A stretch of DNA of 64,000 bases from Vicinamibacterales bacterium (GTDB lineage Bacteria > Acidobacteriota > Vicinamibacteria > Vicinamibacterales > CAVVIG01): NCBI GenBank assembly GCA_965229885.1, contig CBDDJX010000002.1, positions 202,784 to 266,783 of the forward strand. The letters are read 5' to 3'. A model generated the notes under the pieces. It searched no databases and was not told where the DNA came from. It worked only from the letters and a program-made list of their open reading frames with translations. Shown piece after piece: positions 10,988 through 20,861 of this stretch; the first letter of the stretch is position 1; every line of letters starts with the position of its first letter. A program made the translations under genes and the position numbers.

Positions 10988-11326
10988 GAGCCCTTCCGTC
11001 GCCAGCACGTGCGGCAGCCCGGCGAAATTGCCCTAATGCGCGACGAACGTGTCCGCGCCGAACCCCGCCGCGCGCAGACGCTCTTCCGCGCGCGGCAGCT
11101 CGATCGGATCGACGTCAAGGCCGATCAGTCGTCCGCCAGGCTGAATGCGATCGAGAATCGCGCGGCGCATCCCTGCCGGCGTCTTGCCCGACTCGACGAT
11201 CTTCCGAACGTCGGCCTCGTACCGCTCCGGGTTCAGTTCTTTGTACTTCTCGTGGAACGCGCGCGTGTTCTTCCCTGGGTAGCGGGGCCGCCGCTTTCGC
11301 ACCGGCGGCGCGTCATCTGCGGGCAT
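10988..11326 (-). pseudogene. RsmH/MraW-like methyltransferase paralogue, deleted and truncated
   Basis: RRPRYPGKN...EKYKELNPERY...SGKTPAG N-terminus, then LIGLDVDPIELPR. An in-frame TAG precedes GNFAGL, and the SAM-binding segment is missing. Confidence 0.7.
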
Positions 11327-11364
11327 TGGACTGTGCGGTCCGCAGATACTACATTACGTGGCGT

Positions 11365-12526
11365 ATGTGCGCGTTCTCGTTGCCGCCTCCCGTTCTCGTC
11401 GCCGACGAAGACAGCCTCGGTCGACTCGTTCGCGCGCTCGCCCCCTATCCGGTCGTTGCCGTCGATACCGAATCGAACAGCCTCCACGCCTACCGCGAGC
11501 GCGTGTGCCTCATCCAGTTCTCCACCCCCGCCGCTGACTACATCGTCGATCCGATCGGGCTGACGGATCTCAGTCCGCTCGCGCCCCTCTTCGCCAATCC
11601 TGGTCAGCAGAAGGTCTTCCACGCCGCCGAGTACGACCTCATCTGCCTCAGGCGCGACTACCACTTTGAGTTCACGAACATCTTCGACACCATGAGCGCC
11701 GCGCGCACGCTCGGCTGGCCGCAGGTCGGCCTCGCCGCCATTCTCGACACCCACTTCGGCGTGAAGATGAACAAGAGGTATCAGCGCGCCGATTGGAAAC
11801 GCCGTCCCCTGACGCCGGAGCAGTTGGACTATGCGCGGCTCGACACGCACTATCTCGTGACCCTGCGCGACAGACAGCTCCAGGCGTTGACGGAGTCCGG
11901 CCGCTGGAGGGAGGCGCACGAGGAATTCGCGCGCCTGGCGCGACTCGGTGGCGACGCGGACACCGCGGACCCAGCCCCGACGACGTTCTGGCGCGTCAAC
12001 GGCGCGCGCGCCCTCACGCCCGCGCAGGCGGCTGTCCTTCAGGCACTCTTCGCGTACCGCGAGCAGCAGGCAGAGCGCATGGACCGGCCCCCCCTTCAAA
12101 GTGATGGGAGAGGCGACGCTGATGGAGCTCGCCCGCCGCGCCCCGCGCCACGCCGCGGAGCTGCAGGGCCTGCCCGGCATGACGCCGGAGCAAATCCACC
12201 GCCACGCGCACGGCGTGTTACACGCCATCCAAGAGGGACTCCACGCCCCCGCCCAGCGCGCGCCTCAGGCCGATCGCGAGTCCGACGACGTGCGCGATCG
12301 GTACGACCGCCTGCACACGTGGCGCAAGGAGAGGGCGAGGGCGCGCGGCGTGGAGTCCGACGTCATCCTTCCGCGCACGGCGCTCTGGGACCTTGCCCGC
12401 CGCGCCCCGCGCACCCACGGCGAGTTGGCGCACATCACAGGCTTGGGCCCCTGGCGGCGGGAAACGTACGGGAAAGAGATTCTGGCGCTGCTGTCAGGCG
12501 CCACCCCTTCGCCGGGTCGCGCCTGA
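11365..12526 (+). pseudogene. rnd: Ribonuclease D (3'-5' exonuclease plus HRDC domain), frameshifted
   Basis: VAVDTESNS, CLIQFS, HAAEYDL, FDTM and YARLDTHYL motifs. The frame changes at the C-run near 12090; this could be a homopolymer error. Confidence 0.85.
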
Positions 12527-13246
12527 CAGACGTTCCGGGGAGAAACCCTCGTGTCGTTCAGGGCCGCGCGTCAGGGGCCGCTTGTAGCCGAGAAATAGCG
12601 TGTGGCGTGGGCCACCCTTCTTCAGGCGCGCGCGTACGCGTTCCACGTCCACGTCGAATCCGCCGTAGCGCAGGCGCTGCTCGAACTTGCGGTCGTCCCG
12701 AGCCGACCAGACGCCGACCACGCCGCCGTCCTTCAGCGCTCCCTTGATCGCCGCAATGCCCGCATCGCTGTACAGCACGTCGTTGGCGGAGGCCGTGAAC
12801 GCGCCCGGCCCGTTGTCGACGTCGAGGAGCACGGCGTCGAAGCGGCCGCGGCTCGAGGTGAGCGTGTCCGCCACGTCGCCGATGATCACCTCCACGCGTC
12901 GATCCTTGAGCGGATGATCCGCAAGCGGCGCGAGCACCCCGCGGTTCCATTCCACCACCGCTGGTAACAGCTCGGCGACGACGACGGTGGCCTCCGGCAG
13001 CAGCGCGTCGAGCGTCGCACGCAGCGTGAAGCCCATGCCGAGCCCGCCGACCAGGACGCACGGCCGCGCGCCCATGCGCGCGCGCCGGCACCCGATCGTC
13101 GCGAGCGCCTCCTCCGAGCCGTGCATCAGGCTCGACATGAGGCTCTTGCCGTTGGCGAGGATGACGTACTCGCGGTCGCGGCGGGTCAGTGCGAGCAGGG
13201 TTCCGTCAGGCGTGCGCGTCTCGCCAACGAGCTCCCAGGGTTTCAT
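12494..13246 (-). CDS. Spermidine-synthase-like SAM-dependent methyltransferase
   Basis: LMSSLMHGSEEALA, VLVGGLGMGFTLRA and LLDVDNGP motifs. Confidence 0.8.
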   Translation of the reverse strand: MKPWELVGETRTPDGTLLALTRRDREYVILANGKSLMSSLMHGSEEALATIGCRRARMGARPCVLVGGLGMGFTLRATLDALLPEATVVVAELLPAVVEWNRGVLAPLADHPLKDRRVEVIIGDVADTLTSSRGRFDAVLLDVDNGPGAFTASANDVLYSDAGIAAIKGALKDGGVVGVWSARDDRKFEQRLRYGGFDVDVERVRARLKKGGPRHTLFLGYKRPLTRGPERHEGFSPERLSGATRRRGGA

Positions 13247-13457
13247 GAGCGACGAACGCTCGAGCCGCTCCATCGGGTCACCACTCGATTCTAGTGGAGA
13301 CTTCGGACAGAACCTGTGGGAGGATGGCGCCGACCCTGGGGCTGAGGCGATTGACCTGGCTGTTCACCGCACAAGATGCTCGAACCACTTGGCCAGACTC
13401 ATGGAGCGCAGCTCGACCAGCGTGCAGGTACGGCTCCACCACCCTCTCGTCGGCGAG

Positions 13458-14105
13458 TTATCCCGACGCACCGGAACGCGCAGCCCTCATTCTGAAGGCT
13501 CCCGGTTGCAGCTCCCCTCCCGCGCGCGCGTAACCGAGCGCCTTCGACCACCAGGCCAGATCGTCAAGCAGGATCTCGAGGGCCGCAGTCGTGAGCGGAT
13601 TGAGCGGAGCGCCATCGACACCGAAGGCCCGCTGGACCTCGCCGATGAGCACCGTGTTCCGAAGCGGGACCATTTCGGTCTCGATGGCGATATGGGCCAG
13701 ATGCTCGACGGCCCTGGCACCGCCGACCGCTCCGCCACTGTAGGCCACGAAGGCGGCTGGCTTGTTGCGAAACGCAAAGCTGACGAAGACGCTGTCGATG
13801 GCGTTCTTCAGCACGGCCGGGACACTGTGGTTGTACTCGGGCGTAATGAACACATAGGCACCGGCTTCCGCGATTTTCTGATTCCATCGCTTGATCAGGG
13901 GTGCGGAGCACGCGGGATTGGCAAAGTTGCCAACAGTCTTCAGTCCCTCCGCAAACATGGGCAGCAGCCAATCGCGGAGATCGAGCACCTCGACCTCGAA
14001 TTCTGCGTGTGCCGAAGCCCGATGGGCGACCCAGCGCACGACGGCGTCAGCCTGCCGTTCGGGCCGTGTGCTTCCGACGATGATTTGTAGCGTGCCCACG
14101 TCCAT
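13458..14105 (-). CDS. NADPH-dependent FMN reductase
   Basis: IIVGSTRPER, ITPEYNHSVPAVLKNAID and YSGGAVGGARA motifs. Confidence 0.88.
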   Translation of the reverse strand: MDVGTLQIIVGSTRPERQADAVVRWVAHRASAHAEFEVEVLDLRDWLLPMFAEGLKTVGNFANPACSAPLIKRWNQKIAEAGAYVFITPEYNHSVPAVLKNAIDSVFVSFAFRNKPAAFVAYSGGAVGGARAVEHLAHIAIETEMVPLRNTVLIGEVQRAFGVDGAPLNPLTTAALEILLDDLAWWSKALGYARAGGELQPGAFRMRAARSGASG

Positions 14106-14248
14106 CCTCCTCGCTGAGCGGTTACCGACGAGCACCGGCGGCGTGCCCGTCCTTCGGGAACAATCTGGTCGCCGGGTGGACCAGAAACCGTTCACTTTCC
14201 CAGTCATCGCGCTTCCAGCCGAACGGGTCTCGTCGGAACCTCAGGCGT

Positions 14249-14435
14249 CTACATGAACGGATTTTCGTCCGCGCTCGGCCCGTAGATTGACGGGACCGGC
14301 ACGTCCAGCAGCCGAAGGTACACCGACAATTGCCCGCGGTGGTGATACACGTGGTTGAGCATGACCGCCCGCACGAGCGCGCCTTTGGGCATCGTCATGA
14401 GCGTCCTGCCGTCGGCCGACACCGTCCACATCCAC
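14249..14435 (-). pseudogene. DinB-family protein, C-terminal fragment
   Basis: LNHVYHHRGQLSVYLRLLDVPVPSIYGPSADE; no N-terminal part found. Confidence 0.8.
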
Positions 14436-14645
14436 GCGCGCTGGCGGTTGAGTCTTGAGGGCACCGCGACCGGCAACCGCAAACACGCCCAAGGTATCCC
14501 ACCGCGTTGTTCGCGGCGCCAAGGCGGCGCGTCAACTGCGGGATGTGTCGGTTTCTGGTGCACGACCGCGATGCGATCTCCGCGCCCGCGGTCGACCTCG
14601 CGATCACCTCGATGGGGCTGCGGGCGCCGCAGGCGAACGCCTTCT

Positions 14646-15178
14646 ATGAGCGACTGAGCTGAGCGCATCGAAGACAGTTCCGCGGCGATCTACAGTTACT
14701 TTCCATCAAAGGGCGACATCTTCTTCGCGCTGGCCGAGAGAGCGTTCGTCTCCTCCGCGACTATAGCGCCGGGTCGCTTGACGGCTTTCCAGCCATGGAG
14801 CACCTCCGGAGCGTCGTCCTGCGCCTCTATCGACTCAGCACCGAGCACCCCGAGTATTTCGCGCTGATGTTCGTGGACCGGACGGTCCCGAGGATCTGCC
14901 GTGAGTACGAGCGCTTGGCGTTGGCTTGCAAGATTCGTCAGGAGCTGATCGCAGAACTTGAACACGCTGTTAATGAAGGTGTGTTCCCAAGGACGATTTC
15001 TCCGGCCGCGGCTTTCCGGATCCCTAGCATGGGCGTCTTGGGAGTCGCCGTCATGCGCCTCTCTGGTCGTCTCATCGCCGAACCCGCGGACGCCTGCGGG
15101 TGCCACGCGCTCTGCCACGCTTTCGCTCGTGCCACGCTCAGCGCATGGCTCGCACCGCGTCTCCTGACCGTCCCATGA
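14646..15178 (+). pseudogene. TetR-family regulator, degraded
   Basis: HTH remnant SSAAIYSYFPSKGDIFFALAE, followed in another frame by a TetR C-terminal-like domain (EHPEYFALMF). Confidence 0.65.
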
Positions 15179-15271
15179 TCGACCGCGCCCCGCGCGAGTG
15201 TGGGCGCCCAGCCCACACCCGCAAACCACACACAGATCACGTTAGCCGCGGCGGGTCGAGCAAGTTGGGGC

Positions 15272-16135
15272 TCAGGCCAGAGCTTTTCCGTAAAGCGCGA
15301 GCAAACGGCTCCATGCCTTCTCGGCCTGTGGCTCGTTGTAGACCCCTGAATCCGGTGGGCACCAACCGTGCGCCGCGCCTTCGTAAACTTCGATTTCGGC
15401 GGGCAGGTTCGCCTTGGCGAACGTCTCCTTCAGCACATTCTTCTCATTGGGCGACCGCATGTCGTCATTCTCGGCGATCGCGACGAGGAGCTGCGCCTTG
15501 GCTTTCGCGGCCTGAAGATGCGGACTGCTCGGCAGTTCGGTCACGAGTCCGCCGCCATGAAATGAGGCGATCGCGCCGACGCGATCGGCCACGGCAGCCG
15601 CGGTGCGGAACGCAATCGGGCCGCCCATGCAATAACCCTGCGTGCCCATCTTCCGGTTCCTGGCAACCGAAGCTTGTCGGTCCAGCCACCCGATGAACGC
15701 CTTCGCGTCGGTCATCTGCGTCGTCTCGTTCAGAGCCCGCGCGAGTGGCAGCAGTTGCGGGATTGGGGTGGCGGCGCCCGCATCCGCGGTCGGGGCCTTC
15801 TTGACGCGGTAGAACGGATTCACCACGAGCACCGAATAGCCCGATTCAGCGAGCCGTTTGCCCATCTGGCGGAACGCTGGCCGCAGCCCGAAGATGTCCG
15901 GCCACATGAGCACGCCTGGAGCCGTGCCGCTCGCCGGGTGGACGAAGTAGCAGTCGGCGGTGCCGTCCGGCGTCATCACGTTCACGTCTGACTCGATCAC
16001 TGCGACCGCGTTCGCGACCTCCGGCAGCATCATCACCATGCCCGCTCCCAGGAGGATGCCGAATTGCCGCCGTGTCACTAATCCGTGCGCCTCGTATTTC
16101 TGTCGATCCTGCTCAAAATGATCCTGATCGCACAT
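15272..16135 (-). CDS. Dienelactone hydrolase family protein
   Basis: WPDIFGLR, GYCMGG nucleophile elbow, SFHGGGL and HGWC motifs. Confidence 0.9.
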   Translation of the reverse strand: MCDQDHFEQDRQKYEAHGLVTRRQFGILLGAGMVMMLPEVANAVAVIESDVNVMTPDGTADCYFVHPASGTAPGVLMWPDIFGLRPAFRQMGKRLAESGYSVLVVNPFYRVKKAPTADAGAATPIPQLLPLARALNETTQMTDAKAFIGWLDRQASVARNRKMGTQGYCMGGPIAFRTAAAVADRVGAIASFHGGGLVTELPSSPHLQAAKAKAQLLVAIAENDDMRSPNEKNVLKETFAKANLPAEIEVYEGAAHGWCPPDSGVYNEPQAEKAWSRLLALYGKALA

Positions 16136-16569
16136 ATGCCCTCCTTGTCGGTGACTGATCGCGCGGCTCATGCCCGCGTCGTGGACACTCTACAGCGATT
16201 CGCTCTCCTGCGTTCCGGTCGCCAAACGTGCCGGCCATGAAAGAGGGAGAGGAGAAGGCCCTCCGTCGACCGGAGAGAGAACATCGGGCGGAGATTGCCG
16301 AATGTGCCGAAAATCCAATCGGCAATAGCATGCCGATTATCACCCACAGGACACCTCTGAGGTCAAACGCCACTGGCGGGCGGAAACGATGACCCACTCG
16401 CATGGGGTGGAGTCGAACCGTTGCGTGAACACACGCCCTGGAGGACGCTGTCCGGGTCGAACTCGAGGCTATTGCCTGGCGAAACGGGCCGATGTGAATG
16501 CCGCTTTCGTCTATTACTTTGCCGTCCTTCCACTTCGCCCCGCGCGGTTCCGGCGCTGATCCGCCTCGA

Positions 16570-16700
16570 TACCCTACATGCGCGATGACCAGAACGCGTT
16601 AGACGTGTTCGCCGCTGAGCTTCGAAGAGCGGGCGCCGACGGGTGGCTGGACAGTGACGACATCCGGCCTGGCCAGTTCTGGCAAGACACAGAACGCCCT
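16570..16700 (+). pseudogene. Possible TIR-domain N-terminal relic
   Basis: SIPYMRDDQ...FAAELRRAGADGWLDSDDIRPGQFWQD resembles the TIR_2 pattern F(I/L)SY...VWLD...I.PG..W. Confidence 0.4.
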
Positions 16701-16794
16701 GTCTGCTATCTGGCCGCCCCATTCACTTCGTCGACCCCATTTCCGCAGAGCATTTGTGATGGGGATGATGCGCTGCCCCCCCCCTGCCCCTGGC

Positions 16795-16995
16795 CCGTGT
16801 CGTAAGAGATCGAAACGGTTCGACGTGACTGAACAATCCGAGGGACGCCACCAAAATCTGGCAGGCCGCCGCTCATGCAACGCTCGAGGAGCGTCCGGTC
16901 CTCGGGACCATCAGTGCGATTGATAGCGCCGCCGGAACCGCCGTTCCGAGCAGTCAGTGTGATAAGGAGGGGCGACATCCATTCCGACCACGTCA
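16795..16995 (-). pseudogene. Internal fragment of the secreted-protein family also seen at 17001-18218 and 23987-25141
   Basis: NRTDGPEDRTLLERCMSGGLP...RIVQS...YDTGQGQG matches the paralogues. Confidence 0.75.
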
Positions 16996-17000
16996 TCATG

Positions 17001-18218
17001 CTATTGCGGGTCGTCAGTAAATCCGTTTCCGCAGTTGCCGATGCAGATGGTGGCCGGATCCGGGCCCCGCCCTTCAGTGAAGGCGCGCTCATCGGCGCGC
17101 GCGCCGATGAGCAATCCCGCCATGCCGTAGTTCCCCTCGTGACACCGCGGCTCGTAATAGACCCGGTTCGTCTGATCGCTTTGCTTGGTCAGTTCCTGCT
17201 TGACGGTCCACGGTCTCGTCCACGTCGTGGGATCCTCGACCGTGACGACGTACTCAAGCGTGTTCGCGTCGAGGCGTGTGAAGCGTTCGACAAGATGCAA
17301 GTTCTCGCGCGATCCTTGGAAGTCCGTCTTGGCAGTGAAATTGGTGACGTCGATGACCAGCGTATTACCCTCCCACAGCCCGCGCGAGTCTCCCCACCAT
17401 TGGCGGATGTGTTGGGGCAAATGCGGGCCGCCGGTCACGGGGATGCTACGGTGCCACCCTTGTCCTTGGCCCGAGTCATGGAACATCGAGACAACTCCCG
17501 GCGCCTGCACAATCCGACGGAAAAAACCGTTCACATTGGAAAACTCCGGCAGCGCTCCACCAACGCAACGTTCTCCCAGGCTGCGATCCTCTGGACCGTT
17601 GGCGCGATTGCGGAAGCCGGTCCCCCCGTAGAACGGACTCGGCTCAGCTCGTCTCGGTGACGCCGGCCCGTAATTCCCGCCCGCGCATTCGGCCAGGTTG
17701 TTCTTGCAAATGTCGGTGGCTTGCAGGAGGGCGACTTCAAATTCTCGTATCGCGTCCCTCCGCTCTTCAGCCTCCGGCGTGAATGGCGGAATTCTCCCAT
17801 CCGGCGGATCCACGATGAGCGACGTGCGCCGGCCCGTATGCTTCAGCGTGTTGAAAACAGAGTCGTATGCGCCGGCGACGTCCTGGACGGTCCCTCGCTT
17901 GGGACGGGTACGATTGGCTCTTTTCGATTTCGCCCGTTGCTTATCGAGCGCGGCTATTTCCGCGTCCGTCAAAAACGCTCTGTTGGCATACTGTGCGGGT
18001 CGCTGCAAGGGTATCTCGCGCTCGTCGGTCCAGATGCCCTGCAGGTCTGGTTCTCCCCACGGGGTCTTTGGCGCCGGGCCCACCTTCGCCGCTGCTCCGG
18101 TCTTGGCCGTGGTCGTTGCGGCCTGCGCCGCAACAGGCAACGCGGTCAGCTTCAGGAGCACGGCCACGGCCAGGATCACCGCCGCCACACCGATCACCTC
18201 GGGAAATCGTCGACTCAT
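17001..18218 (-). CDS. Uncharacterised secreted protein (PDLQGIW...CHEGNY family)
   Basis: Signal peptide; PDLQGIW, DPPDGRIP, GPEDR..ERC, GDSRGLWEGNTLV and CHEGNYG motifs. Confidence 0.8.
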   Translation of the reverse strand: MSRRFPEVIGVAAVILAVAVLLKLTALPVAAQAATTTAKTGAAAKVGPAPKTPWGEPDLQGIWTDEREIPLQRPAQYANRAFLTDAEIAALDKQRAKSKRANRTRPKRGTVQDVAGAYDSVFNTLKHTGRRTSLIVDPPDGRIPPFTPEAEERRDAIREFEVALLQATDICKNNLAECAGGNYGPASPRRAEPSPFYGGTGFRNRANGPEDRSLGERCVGGALPEFSNVNGFFRRIVQAPGVVSMFHDSGQGQGWHRSIPVTGGPHLPQHIRQWWGDSRGLWEGNTLVIDVTNFTAKTDFQGSRENLHLVERFTRLDANTLEYVVTVEDPTTWTRPWTVKQELTKQSDQTNRVYYEPRCHEGNYGMAGLLIGARADERAFTEGRGPDPATICIGNCGNGFTDDPQ

Positions 18219-18234
18219 CTCAGAGCTCCTGGTC

Positions 18235-18340
18235 GCTCGCTTGTTCTCGATCAGCTCATCGTAGGCCGACAGAAGGCTCGCAATGCGACGTTGAAGATCG
18301 GCGCGCCCCGGGGGGGCCGACGCGCCGAGGTCCTGTATCG
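18235..18340 (-). pseudogene. Type I restriction-modification specificity subunit (HsdS) relic
   Basis: QRRIASLLSAYDELIENKR closely matches the conserved HsdS helical spacer. Confidence 0.6.
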
Positions 18341-18372
18341 ATCCAATAACTCGCCGCATGGACACGTGTCGT

Positions 18373-18945
18373 TCACGCGTTCCGGCTCCTTCTCGGGACG
18401 GTACTCGCGGCCGCTATTCTTGAAGTTGCCGACCGGTTCCTCTTCTTGATATCGATCGAAATCACGGGGTCACCCAAGCGCACACACGCGCGCACCTGTC
18501 GATGAATGTAGTCAAACTGCGCGCTCCGATCCGGATGACTGGCCCCTTCGATTCGTCTTACGATTTGCCTGCAGGCTGTAGCCCTGCCCCTGCAGCAGCT
18601 CACTGACCAACTGATGCGAGACGCGATGGCCCTGTCGCTGCAGCTCCGTCGCCAGATGGCGCATGCTCTTGCACGTCCCGCGCAGCGGCGACTCCGGATC
18701 GCCTCGCGTGGTCGGCTCGACCAATTGCTCCAAGTCGCGCAGCAAGTCGGGTCTTTCTCCGTCGTGCGTTTCCGTCCACCACCAGGTTGGCGAATCCGTC
18801 CCGCCAGGCCTGCGCGGGCGGTCTCGTGCAGTTCCGTCACACCTCGTCGGATCGCCTGCCGACACACCGACGCATGCGTTCGTCGAGCTGCTTCTCCAGC
18901 AGCTTGAACGGGCGTGCTGCACCCGAGTCGGCGACCACCATCCGT
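18373..18945 (-). mobile_element. ISAzo13-family transposase, N-terminal half, frameshifted
   Basis: LDERMRR, RGDPESPLR.TCKS.RHLA.EL...GH.VS, GYSLQANRK, VISID.KK and GNFKN.GREYRP spread across frames. Confidence 0.85.
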
Positions 18946-19331
18946 GTGGCACCGTACCATGACCGGCCCCACGCGTAGAAGCGTTATTTTGTGACAAAGC
19001 CCAAGAACTCAGCTCGCCGCCGGGTTGGAGTATGCGAGAATTCCTTATCGTCCTCCCCCCAGCGCCCCAGCGGCATTGTCAAGTTACTGGATGTTCCTTC
19101 CCGGGACATCAGGGCACCTCGTTAAAATGCCCATAAGTCGGGAGTTTCGACCCTACTGTGTAGCCTTACTTGTGGTCGGATTTCGCTCATGCTGACAATG
19201 CCGTAATCCTCGCTTGCCTGGTTACCGCCCTGGTCGGAGTGATGGAGCAGCCGATCTCCGGGCACCGGCGCTTGAGCGACAGAACAGTTGTCCACGAGCT
19301 CCCACAGGCGTCCTCGGCGTCTCGTTCAAAA

Positions 19332-19366
19332 GGGGAAATTTCTATCGAGGGAAGGATGGGGACATT
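19332..19366 (+). repeat. IS1202-like subterminal repeats (GGGGAAATTTCT / GGGGACATT), truncated end
   Basis: Same motif as the IS end at 20234-20259. Confidence 0.45.
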
Positions 19367-19371
19367 ACCTA

Positions 19372-19636
19372 TGGCTCGCGCGCCATCCCCGCGTGCATCT
19401 CCACTACACCCCCACGCGGGCCAGCTGGCTCAATCAAATCGAGTGCTGGTTCAGTATCCTCAGTCGGCGGGCCTTGCAGGGCGCAAGCTTCACCTCGGTG
19501 CCGCAGTTACGCGAGGCCATCGACCGCTTCGTCAAGACCTACAATGCGCACGCCACGCCCTTCGAGTGGCGCAAGCGCGTGGTGCATTCCGTCGGGCTCA
19601 AGCATTATTACGCCGATTTGCGCAGCTAAGCACTAG
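19372..19636 (+). mobile_element. IS630-family transposase C-terminus and right end
   Basis: HYTPTRASWLNQIECWFSIL...PFEW; the end CACTAG lies at 19631-19636. Confidence 0.88.
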
Positions 19637-19822
19637 GTCGACACCGCTGATTGAATCCCCATTAGGGCCATGACATGAGGTGCACTCAGCCGCATAGAGC
19701 GTCGTCCCGGCCGTGATGTCGGTCTGAGTATATTGGCCAGCCCGATCTTGAGCGCCCGGCTGCCCGCTTGACGCGACCACGAAAAGCACAAGGAGGCAGC
19801 ACCATCCAAACGTAATGCGCAT
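19633..19822 (-). pseudogene. c-type cytochrome, N-terminus only, cut by the IS630 end
   Basis: Signal peptide, then LYAAECTSCHGPNG (CxxCH heme motif); the frame runs into the IS end at CTAG. Confidence 0.75.
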
Positions 19823-19839
19823 ATTCAGACAGGCTCGCT

Positions 19840-20259
19840 TGCGACTGACCCGGGATTGCCACTTTGCCGCCCGGATGAAGACCCTGATGCTACACGTCCG
19901 CCGAACGTGGCTCAAGCTTTCTTGTCAAGTCGGTCGCGGTCTAGAGTCGTGGCGCGGCAGAGTCACCAGGCGCCCGCCCGGAGCACGGTACTGGTGCGCG
20001 AGGCGATCACGGGTGCGATTGAGATGCGGTATCGGGGGCGGTTGATGCGGTGGACGGAGATTCCGGCACCGCCGCCTCGACCGCCCCTGATGCCGACAGC
20101 CGCCCGCGCCGCGACTGGGGGCCGCAGCGCCGATCACCCGTGGCGCCGCGGGTTCGACGAGTGACAGCCACGCGCCGTTGAGGGGCCCCACCCCTGGGGC
20201 TTGCTCTTTCGGAACGAAGACGGAACGGGGGAAGGGGACATTTCTCTTTCGCGTTGACA
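19840..20259 (+). mobile_element. Degenerate IS1202/ISNCY-like transposase C-terminus and right end
   Basis: VARQSHQAPARSTVLVRE...IEMRYRG...W.EI; the end reads GGGGACATTTCT...TTGACA. Confidence 0.55.
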
Positions 20260-20334
20260 TTGAGGAGGAGACCAGTTGTCAGAACGGTGAGGCTGGTGTA
20301 ACATGTGCGGCTGTTAAAACAGGAGGTGGATTCC

Positions 20335-20751
20335 ATGAGATCAAGACTCGCCGTTGTCGTTGCCGGAATGGGTGCACTGCTGGTTCTGGCGGCCGCGCCG
20401 GTCAGGGCGCATCACGCCTTTGCGGCGGAGTTCGATTCGAACAAACCCATCAAGTTCAACGCGACCGTCACGAAGATGGAATGGGTGAATCCGCACGTGT
20501 GGATCCACGCCGACATAAAGACGCCGGACGGCAAGGTGGAAAATTGGGCCTTCGAAGCCGGCACCCCGAACGTGCTGTTCCGTCGAGGCTTCACCAAGAA
20601 TTCGCTACTGCCCGGCACCGAGATTGTCGTGGATGGCTATCAGGCGAAGGACGGTTCCCGCCGGGCAAACGGCAGGAACCTGACGCTTCCCGACGGCACA
20701 ACGCTGTTCCTCGGCTCGTCCGGCACGGGCGCCCCTAATGAACTGAAGTAG
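20335..20751 (+). CDS. DUF6152-like secreted protein
   Basis: Signal peptide ending in PVRA, then HHAFAAEFD, EWVNPHVWIH and W.FE.G.PN.L.RRG. Confidence 0.8.
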   Translation: MRSRLAVVVAGMGALLVLAAAPVRAHHAFAAEFDSNKPIKFNATVTKMEWVNPHVWIHADIKTPDGKVENWAFEAGTPNVLFRRGFTKNSLLPGTEIVVDGYQAKDGSRRANGRNLTLPDGTTLFLGSSGTGAPNELK

Positions 20752-20861
20752 TAAGCACGACACGCTCGTCTGAAGCCAGGCGGACGAATGACCCGCCGAC
20801 GCGCGACTCATTCCGTCGCGCTGGCGGAGCATTGTTCCTGAGAGGCCGGTTGTGAAATTAG

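Noticed and set aside
12088-12096. Programmed frameshift in rnd
   Set aside because: A simple C-run indel with no slippery heptamer or stimulatory structure evident; mutation or homopolymer error is more likely.
13273-13457. Intergenic stretch with coding-like composition
   Set aside because: No frame gave a recognisable family or RNA structure.
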